This document shows, piece after piece, positions 54,201-64,000 of a DNA stretch of 64,000 nt. Numbering within the stretch: position 1 is the first letter of the stretch; each line of letters opens with the position of its first letter. This DNA comes from Nemertoderma westbladi (Eukaryota; Animalia; Xenacoelomorpha). The notes under the pieces were generated by a model that had not been told where the DNA came from, searched no databases, and worked only from the letters and a program-made list of their open reading frames with translations. The translations under genes and the position numbers were made by a program. The stretch lies in NCBI GenBank assembly GCA_032718475.1, contig JAUCBJ010000640.1, forward strand, positions 1 to 64,000. Direction: 5' to 3'.

Positions 54201-57200
54201 AGGTTAATATACCTCCGAGGTGAGTAAATAAAGAGAGAGTTTAGGTTAATATACCTCCGAGGTGAGTAAATAAAGAGGGAGTTTAGGTTAATATACCTCC
54301 GAGGTGAGTAAATAAAGAGGGAGTTCAGGTTAATATACCCCGAGGTGAGTAAATAAAGAGAGAGTTCAGGTTAATATACCTCCGAGGTGAGTAAATAAAG
54401 AGAGAGTTCAGGTTAATATACCCCCGAGGTGAGTAAATAAAGAGAGAGTTTAGGTTAATATACCTCCGAGGTGAGTAAATAAAGAGAGAGTTTAGGTTAA
54501 TATACCTCCGAGGTGAGTAAATAAAGAGAGAGTTTAGGTTAATATACCTCCGAGGTGAGTAAATAAAGAGAGAGTTCAGGTTAATATACCCCCGAGGTGA
54601 GTAAATAAAGATATAGTTTAGGTTAATATACCCCCGAGGTGAGTAAATAAAGATATAGTTTAGGTTAATATACCCCCGAGGTGAGTAAATAAAGAGGGAG
54701 TTTAGGTTAATATACCTCCGAGGTGAGTAAATAAAGAGAGAGTTTAGGTTAATATACCTCCGAGGTGAGTAAATAAAGAGGGAGTTTAGGTTAATATACC
54801 TCCGAGGTGAGTAAATAAAGAGAGAGTAGTTCAGGTTAATATACCTCCGAGGTGAGTAAATAAAGAGGGAGTAGTTCAGGTTAATATACCCCCGAGGTGA
54901 GTAAATAAAGAGAGAGTTTAGGTTAATATACCTCCGAGGTGAGTAAATAAAGAGGGAGTTTAGGTTAATATACCCCCGAGGTGAGTAAATAAAGAGAGAG
55001 TTTAGGTTAATATACCCCCGAGGTGAGTAAATAAAGAGAGAGTTCAGGTTAATATACCCCCGAGGTGAGTAAATAAAGAGAGAGTTTAGGTTAATATACC
55101 TCCGAGGTGAGTAAATAAAGAGGGAGTAGTTCAGGTTAATATACCTCCGAGGTGAGTAAATAAAGAGAGAGTTTAGGTTAATATACCTCCGAGGTGAGTA
55201 AATAAAGAGGGAGTAGTTCAGGTTAATATACCTCCGAGGTGAGTAAATAAAGAGAGAGTTTAGGTTAATATACCCCCGAGGTGAGTAAATAAAGAGAGAG
55301 TTCAGGTTAATATACCTCCGAGGTGAGTAAATAAAGAGAGAGTTCAGGTTAATATACCTCCGAGGTGAGTAAATAAAGAGGGAGTTTAGGTTAATATACC
55401 CCCGAGGTGAGTAAATAAAGAGGGAGTAGTTCAGGTTAATATACCTCCGAGGTGAGTAAATAAAGAGGGAGTTTAGGTTAATATACCTCCGAGGTGAGTA
55501 AATAAAGAAGGAGTAGTTCAGGTTAATATACCTCCGAGGTGAGTAAATAAAGAGAGAGTTTAGGTTAATATACCTCCGAGGTGAGTAAATAAAGAGAGAG
55601 TTTAGGTTAATATACCTCCGAGGTGAGTAAATAAAGAGAGAGTTTAGGTTAATATACCTCCGAGGTGAGTAAATAAAGAGGGAGTAGTTCAGGTTAATAT
55701 ACCTCCGAGGTGAGTAAATAAAGAGAGAGTTTAGGTTAATATACCCCCGAGGTGAGTAAATAAAGAGAGAGTTCAGGTTAATATACCTCCGAGGTGAGTA
55801 AATAAAGAGGGAGTAGTTCAGGTTAATATACCTCCGAGGTGAGTAAATAAAGAGGGAGTTTAGGTTAATATACTTCCGAGGTGAGTAAATAAAGAGGGAG
55901 TTTAGGTTAATATACCTCCGAGGTGAGTAAATAAAGAGGGAGTAGTTCAGGTTAATATACCTCCGAGGTGAGTAAATAAAGAGAGAGTTTAGGTTAATAT
56001 ACCTCCGAGGTGAGTAAATAAAGAGGGAGTAGTTCAGGTTAATATACCCCGAGGTGAGTAAATAAAGAGGGAGTAGTTCAGGTTAATATACCTCCGAGGT
56101 GAGTAAATAAAGAGAGAGTTTAGGTTAATATACCTCCGAGGTGAGTAAATAAAGAGAGAGTTTAGGTTAATATACCCCCGAGGTGAGTAAATAAAGAGAG
56201 AGTAGTTCAGGTTAATATACCCCCGAGGTGAGTAAATAAAGAGAGAGTTTAGGTTAATATACCTCCGAGGTGAGTAAATAAAGAGGGAGTAGTTCAGGTT
56301 AATATACCCCCGAGGTGAGTAAATAAAGAGGGAGTAGTTCAGGTTAATATACCTCCGAGGTGAGTAAATAAAGAGAGAGTTTAGGTTAATATACCTCCGA
56401 GGTGAGTAAATAAAGAGGGAGTAGTTCAGGTTAATATACCTCCGAGGTGAGTAAATAAAGAGAGAGTTTAGGTTAATATACCTCCGAGGTGAGTAAATAA
56501 AGAGGGAGTAGTTCAGGTTAATATACCCCCGAGGTGAGTAAATAAAGAGAGAGTTTAGGTTAATATACCTCCGAGGTGAGTAAATAAAGAGGGAGTTTAG
56601 GTTAATATACCTCCGAGGTGAGTAAATAAAGAGGGAGTTTAGGTTAATATACCTCCGAGGTGAGTAAATAAAGAGGGAGTAGTTCAGGTTAATATACCTC
56701 CGAGGTGAGTAAATAAAGAGGGAGTAGTTCAGGTTAATATACCTCCGAGGTGAGTAAATAAAGAGAGAGTTTAGGTTAATATACCTCCGAGGTGAGTAAA
56801 TAAAGAGGGAGTTCAGGTTAATATACCTCCGAGGTGAGTAAATAAAGAGGGAGTTCAGGTTAATATACCTCCGAGGTGAGTAAATAAAGAGAGAGTTTAG
56901 GTTAATATACCCCCGAGGTGAGTAAATAAAGAGGGAGTAGTTCAGGTTAATATACCTCCGAGGTGAGTAAATAAAGAGAGAGTTTAGGTTAATATACCTC
57001 CGAGGTGAGTAAATAAAGAGAGAGTTTAGGTTAATATACCTCCGAGGTGAGTAAATAAAGAGGGAGTTTAGGTTAATATACCTCCGAGGTGAGTAAATAA
57101 AGAGGGAGTAGTTCAGGTTAATATACCTCCGAGGTGAGTAAATAAAGAGAGAGTTTAGGTTAATATACCTCCGAGGTGAGTAAATAAAGAGGGAGTTTAG

Positions 57201-60200
57201 GTTAATATACCTCCGAGGTGAGTAAATAAAGAGAGAGTTTAGGTTAATATACCTCCGAGGTGAGTAAATAAAGAGGGAGTTTAGGTTAATATACCTCCGA
57301 GGTGAGTAAATAAAGAGAGAGTTTAGGTTAATATACCTCCGAGGTGAGTAAATAAAGAGGGAGTTTAGGTTAATATACCTCCGAGGTGAGTAAATAAAGA
57401 GAGAGTTTAGGTTAATATACCTCCGAGGTGAGTAAATAAAGAGGGAGTTTAGGTTAATATACCTCCGAGGTGAGTAAATAAAGAGGGAGTAGTTCAGGTT
57501 AATATACCTCCGAGGTGAGTAAATAAAGAGGGAGTAGTTCAGGTTAATATACCTCCGAGGTGAGTAAATAAAGAGGGAGTAGTTCAGGTTAATATACCTC
57601 CGAGGTGAGTAAATAAAGAGGGAGTAGTTCAGGTTAATATACCTCCGAGGTGAGTAAATAAAGAGGGAGTAGTTCAGGTTAATATACCTCCGAGGTGAGT
57701 AAATAAAGAGGGAGTTCAGGTTAATATACCTCCGAGGTGAGTAAATAAAGAGGGAGTTCAGGTTAATATACCTCCGAGGTGAGTAAATAAAGAGAGAGTT
57801 TAGGTTAATATACCTCCGAGGTGAGTAAATAAAGAGGGAGTAGTTCAGGTTAATATACCTCCGAGGTGAGTAAATAAAGAGGGAGTAGTTCAGGTTAATA
57901 TACCTCCGAGGTGAGTAAATAAAGAGGGAGTTTAGGTTAATATACCTCCGAGGTGAGTAAATAAAGAGGGAGTTTAGGTTAATATACCCCCGAGGTGAGT
58001 AAATAAAGAGGGAGTTTAGGTTAATATACCCCCGAGGTGAGTAAATAAAGAGAGAGTTTAGGTTAATATACCTCCGAGGTGAGTAAATAAAGAGGGAGTA
58101 GTTCAGGTTAATATACCTCCGAGGTGAGTAAATAAAGAGGGAGTAGTTCAGGTTAATATACCTCCGAGGTGAGTAAATAAAGAGGGAGTTTAGGTTAATA
58201 TACCTCCGAGGTGAGTAAATAAAGAGGGAGTTTAGGTTAATATACCCCCGAGGTGAGTAAATAAAGAGGGAGTTTAGGTTAATATACCTCCGAGGTGAGT
58301 AAATAAAGAGAGAGTTTAGGTTAATATACCTCCGAGGTGAGTAAATAAAGAGAGAGTTTAGGTTAATATACCTCCGAGGTGAGTAAATAAAGAGGGAGTT
58401 TAGGTTAATATACCTCCGAGGTGAGTAAATAAAGAGAGAGTTTAGGTTAATATACCTCCGAGGTGAGTAAATAAAGAGAGAGTTTAGGTTAATATACCTC
58501 CGAGGTGAGTAAATAAAGAGGGAGTTTAGGTTAATATACCTCCGAGGTGAGTAAATAAAGAGGGAGTAGTTCAGGTTAATATACCTCCGAGGTGAGTAAA
58601 TAAAGAGAGAGTTCAGGTTAATATACCCCCGAGGTCAGTAAATAAAGAGAGAGTTTAGGTTAATATACCTCCGAGGTGAGTAAATAAAGAGGGAGTAGTT
58701 CAGGTTAATATACCTCCGAGGTGAGTAAATAAAGAGGGAGTAGTTCAGGTTAATATACCTCCGAGGTGAGTAAATAAAGAGGGAGTAGTTCAGGTTAATA
58801 TACCTCCGAGGTGAGTAAATAAAGAGGGAGTTCAGGTTAATATACCTCCGAGGTGAGTAAATAAAGAGGGAGTTCAGGTTAATATACCTCCGAGGTGAGT
58901 AAATAAAGAGGGAGTAGTTCAGGTTAATATACCTCCGAGGTGAGTAAATAAAGAGAGAGTTCAGGTTAATATACCCCCGAGGTCAGTAAATAAAGAGAGA
59001 GTTTAGGTTAATATACCTCCGAGGTGAGTAAATAAAGAGGGAGTAGTTCAGGTTAATATACCTCCGAGGTGAGTAAATAAAGAGGGAGTAGTTCAGGTTA
59101 ATATACCTCCGAGGTGAGTAAATAAAGAGGGAGTAGTTCAGGTTAATATACCTCCGAGGTGAGTAAATAAAGAGGGAGTTCAGGTTAATATACCTCCGAG
59201 GTGAGTAAATAAAGAGGGAGTTCAGGTTAATATACCTCCGAGGTGAGTAAATAAAGAGGGAGTAGTTCAGGTTAATATACCTCCGAGGTGAGTAAATAAA
59301 GAGGGAGTAGTTCAGGTTAATATACCTCCGAGGTGAGTAAATAAAGAGGGAGTAGTTCAGGTTAATATACCTCCGAGGTGAGTAAATAAAGAGGGAGTAG
59401 TTCAGGTTAATATACCTCCGAGGTGAGTAAATAAAGAGGGAGTTTAGGTTAATATACCTCCGAGGTGAGTAAATAAAGAGGGAGTTTAGGTTAATATACC
59501 TCCGAGGTGAGTAAATAAAGAGAGAGTTTAGGTTAATATACCTCCGTTGTGAGTAAATAAAGAGGGAGTTTAGGTTAATATACCTCCGAGGTGAGTAAAT
59601 AAAGAGAGAGTTTAGGTTAATATACCTCCGAGGTGAGTAAATAAAGAGGGAGTAGTTCAGGTTAATATACCTCCGAGGTGAGTAAATAAAGAGGGAGTAG
59701 TTCAGGTTAATATACCTCCGAGGTGAGTAAATAAAGAGGGAGTAGTTCAGGTTAATATACCTCCGAGGTGAGTAAATAAAGAGGGAGTAGTTCAGGTTAA
59801 TATACCTCCGAGGTGAGTAAATAAAGAGGGAGTTCAGGTTAATATACCTCCGAGGTGAGTAAATAAAGAGGGAGTTCAGGTTAATATACCTCCGAGGTGA
59901 GTAAATAAAGAGAGAGTTTAGGTTAATATACCTCCGAGGTGAGTAAATAAAGAGGGAGTAGTTCAGGTTAATATACCCCCGAGGTGAGTAAATAAAGAGG
60001 GAGTAGTTCAGGTTAATATACCTCCGAGGTGAGTAAATAAAGAGAGAGTTTAGGTTAATATACCCCCGAGGTGAGTAAATAAAGAGGGAGTAGTTCAGGT
60101 TAATATACCCCCGAGGTGAGTAAATAAAGTGGGAGTAGTTCAGGTTAATATACCTCCGAGGTGAGTAAATAAAGAGGGAGTTTAGGTTAATATACCTCCG

Positions 60201-63200
60201 AGGTGAGTAAATAAAGAGGGAGTTTAGGTTAATATACCCCCGAGGTGAGTAAATAAAGAGGGAGTTTAGGTTAATATACCCCCGAGGTGAGTAAATAAAG
60301 AGAGAGTTTAGGTTAATATACCTCCGAGGTGAGTAAATAAAGAGGGAGTAGTTCAGGTTAATATGCCTCCGAGGTGAGTAAATAAAGAGGGAGTAGTTCA
60401 GGTTAATATACCTTCGAGGTGAGTAAATAAAGAGGGAGTTTAGGTTAATATACCTCCGAGGTGAGTAAATAAAGAGGGAGTTTAGGTTAATATACCCCCG
60501 AGGTGAGTAAATAAAGAGGGAGTTTAGGTTAATATACCTCCGAGGTGAGTAAATAAAGAGAGAGTTTAGGTTAATATACCTCCGAGGTGAGTAAATAAAG
60601 AGGGAGTTTAGGTTAATATACCCCCGAGGTGAGTAAATAAAGAGAGAGTTTAGGTTAATATACCTCCGAGGTGAGTAAATAAAGAGAGAGTTTAGGTTAA
60701 TATACCTCCGAGGTGAGTAAATAAAGAGGGAGTTTAGGTTAATATACCCCCGAGGTGAGTAAATAAAGAGAGAGTTTAGGTTAATATACCTCCGAGGTGA
60801 GTAAATAAAGAGAGAGTTCAGGTTAATATACCTCCGAGGTGAGTAAATAAAGAGGGAGTAGTTCAGGTTAATATACCTCCGAGGTGAGTAAATAAAGAGG
60901 GAGTTCAGGTTAATATACCCCCGAGGTGAGTAAATAAAGAGAGAGTTTAGGTTAATATACCTCCGAGGTGAGTAAATAAAGAGAGAGTTTAGGTTAATAT
61001 ACCTCCGAGGTGAGTAAATAAAGAGAGAGTTTAGGTTAATATACCTCCGAGGTGAGTAAATAAAGAGAGAGTTCAGGTTAATATACCTCCGAGGTGAGTA
61101 AATAAAGAGAGAGTTTAGGTTAATATACCTCCGAGGTGAGTAAATAAAGAGAGAGTTTAGGTTAATATACCTCCGAGGTGAGTAAATAAAGAGGGAGTAG
61201 TTCAGGTTAATATACCTCCGAGGTGAGTAAATAAAGAGAGAGTAGTTCAGGTTAATATACCCCCGAGGTGAGTAAATAAAGAGAGAGTTTAGGTTAATAT
61301 ACCTCCGAGGTGAGTAAATAAAGAGAGAGTTTAGGTTAATATACCTCCGAGGTGAGTAAATAAAGAGAGAGTTTAGGTTAATATACCTCCGAGGTGAGTA
61401 AATAAAGAGAGAGTTTAGGTTAATATACCTCCGAGGTGAGTAAATAAAGAGAGAGTTTAGGTTAATATACCCCCGAGGTGAGTAAATAAAGAGAGAGTTT
61501 AGGTTAATATACCTCCGAGGTGAGTAAATAAAGAGAGAGTTTAGGTTAATATACCTCCGAGGTGAGTAAATAAAGAGAGAGTTTAGGTTAATATACCTCC
61601 GAGGTGAGTAAATAAAGAGAGAGTTTAGGTTAATATACCTCCGAGGTGAGTAAATAAAGAGAGAGTTTAGGTTAATATACCCCCGAGGTGAGTAAATAAA
61701 GAGAGAGTTCAGGTTAATATACCTCCGAGGTGAGTAAATAAAGAGAGAGTTTAGGTTAATATACCCCCGAGGTGAGTAAATAAAGAGAGAGTTTAGGTTA
61801 ATATACCTCCGAGGTGAGTAAATAAAGAGAGAGTTTAGGTTAATATACCTCCGAGGTGAGTAAATAAAGAGAGAGTTTAGGTTAATATACCTCCGAGGTG
61901 AGTAAATAAAGAGAGAGTTTAGGTTAATATACCTCCGAGGTGAGTAAATAAAGAGAGAGTTTAGGTTAATATACCTCCGAGGTGAGTAAATAAAGAGAGA
62001 GTTTAGGTTAATATACCCCCGAGGTGAGTAAATAAAGAGAGAGTTTAGGTTAATATACCCCCGAGGTGAGTAAATAAAGAGAGAGTTTAGGTTAATATAC
62101 CTCCGAGGTGAGTAAATAAAGAGAGAGTTTAGGTTAATATACCTCCGAGGTGAGTAAATAAAGAGAGAGTTTAGGTTAATATACCTCCGAGGTGAGTAAA
62201 TAAAGAGAGAGTTTAGGTTAATATACCTCCGAGGTGAGTAAATAAAGAGAGAGTTTAGGTTAATATACCTCCGAGGTGAGTAAATAAAGAGAGAGTTTAG
62301 GTTAATATACCCCCGAGGTGAGTAAATAAAGAGAGAGTTTAGGTTAATATACCCCCGAGGTGAGTAAATAAAGAGAGAGTTTAGGTTAATATACCTCCGA
62401 GGTGAGTAAATAAAGAGAGAGTTTAGGTTAATATACCCCCGAGGTGAGTAAATAAAGAGAGAGTTTAGGTTAATATACCCCCGAGGTGAGTAAATAAAGA
62501 GAGAGTTTAGGTTAATATACCTCCGAGGTGAGTAAATAAAGAGAGAGTTTAGGTTAATATACCCCCGAGGTGAGTAAATAAAGAGAGAGTTCAGGTTAAC
62601 ATACCCCCGAGGTGAGTAAATAAAGAGAGAGTTTAGGTTAATATACCTCCGAGGTGAGTAAATAAAGAGAGAGTTTAGGTTAATATACCCCCGAGGTGAG
62701 TAAATAAAGAGAGAGTTTAGGTTAATATACCTCCGAGGTGAGTAAATAAAGAGAGAGTTTAGGTTAATATACCCCCGAGGTGAGTAAATAAAGAGAGAGT
62801 TCAGGTTAATATACCTCCGAGGTGAGTAAATAAAGAGAGAGTTTAGGTTAATATACCCCCGAGGTGAGTAAATAAAGAGAGAGTTTAGGTTAATATACCT
62901 CCGAGGTGAGTAAATAAAGAGGGAGTAGTTCAGGTTAATATACCTCCGAGGTGAGTAAATAAAGAGGGAGTTCAGGTTAATATACCCCCGAGGTGAGTAA
63001 ATAAAGAGAGAGTTTAGGTTAATATACCTCCGAGGTGAGTAAATAAAGAGAGAGTTTAGGTTAATATACCCCCGAGGTGAGTAAATAAAGAGAGAGTTTA
63101 GGTTAATATACCCCCGAGGTGAGTAAATAAAGAGAGAGTTCAGGTTAATATACCCCCGAGGTGAGTAAATAAAGATATAGTTCAGGTTAATATACCTCCG

Positions 63201-64000
63201 AGGTGAGTAAATAAAGAGGGAGTTCAGGTTAATATACCCCCGAGGTGAGTAAATAAAGATATAGTTCAGGTTAATATACCTCCGAGGTGAGTAAATAAAG
63301 AGAGAGTAGTTCAGGTTAATATACCTCCGAGGTGAGTAAATAAAGAGGGAGTTCAGGTTAATATACCCCCGAGGTGAGTAAATAAAGATATAGTTCAGGT
63401 TAATATACCTCCGAGGTGAGTAAATAAAGAGGGAGTTCAGGTTAATATACCCCCGAGGTGAGTAAATAAAGAGAGAGTAGTTCAGGTTAATATACCTCCG
63501 AGGTGAGTAAATAAAGAGGGAGTTTAGGTTAATATACCTCCGAGGTGAGTAAATAAAGAGGGAGTAGTTCAGGTTAATATACCTCCGAGGTGAGTAAATA
63601 AAGAGGGAGTAGTTCAGGTTAATATACCTCCGAGGTGAGTAAATAAAGAGGGAGTTTAGGTTAATATACCCCCGAGGTGAGTAAATAAAGAGAGAGTAGT
63701 TCAGGTTAATATACCTCCGAGGTGAGTAAATAAAGAGGGAGTTTAGGTTAATATACCTCCGAGGTGAGTAAATAAAGAGGGAGTAGTTCAGGTTAATATA
63801 CCTCCGAGGTGAGTAAATAAAGAGGGAGTAGTTCAGGTTAATATACCTCCGAGGTGAGTAAATAAAGAGGGAGTTTAGGTTAATATACCTCCGAGGTGAG
63901 TAAATAAAGAGGGAGTAGTTTAGGTTAATATACCTCCGAGGTGAGTAAATAAAGAGGGAGTTCAGGTTAATATACCCCCGAGGTGAGTAAATAAAGATAT
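6220..64000. repeat. Giant minisatellite/satellite array, 42-bp unit GAGGTGAGTAAATAAAGAG(A/G)GAG[TAG]TT(T/C)AGGTTAATATACC(T/C)CC, roughly 1,350 copies, open at the right edge
   Basis: Period 42 (AGGTGAG at 6221, 6263, 6305). Common variants are A/G, T/C, T/C, a 1-bp C deletion (41 bp) and a 3-bp insertion (45 bp). All units are head-to-tail; I saw no inversion or foreign insertion. Copy number is estimated from length. Confidence 0.99.

Noticed and set aside
6220-64000. CRISPR array
   Set aside because: No unique spacers, units are contiguous near-identical copies, no cas genes, and the context is eukaryotic.

Overview
Eukaryotic (probably animal) genomic DNA with three parts. (1) 1-~5980: the 5' half of a minus-strand BEL/Pao-type LTR retrotransposon. 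It has an uninterrupted 829-codon gag-like ORF from the ATG at 2487 that runs off the left edge; the ORF track missed it because no stop lies in the window. The ORF ends in a DUF1759-like motif (KFNGDEMKWLPF...LSNGEKLRYL). Upstream are a ~2.9 kb repeat-rich leader and a probable PBS/5' LTR. (2) 6105-6222: a plausible 118-nt internal coding exon of a plus-strand host gene. (3) 6220-64000, open at the right edge: a ~57.8 kb tandem array of roughly 1,350 copies of a 42-bp unit, with 41- and 45-bp variants. The array starts exactly at the exon's splice donor, so nearly every unit carries a consensus 5' splice site (GAG|GTGAGT), an AATAAA and a YAG|GT junction. Other points of interest are a 122-bp perfectly duplicated, apparently structured core in the retrotransposon leader, and a variant pattern along the array that records its expansion history.
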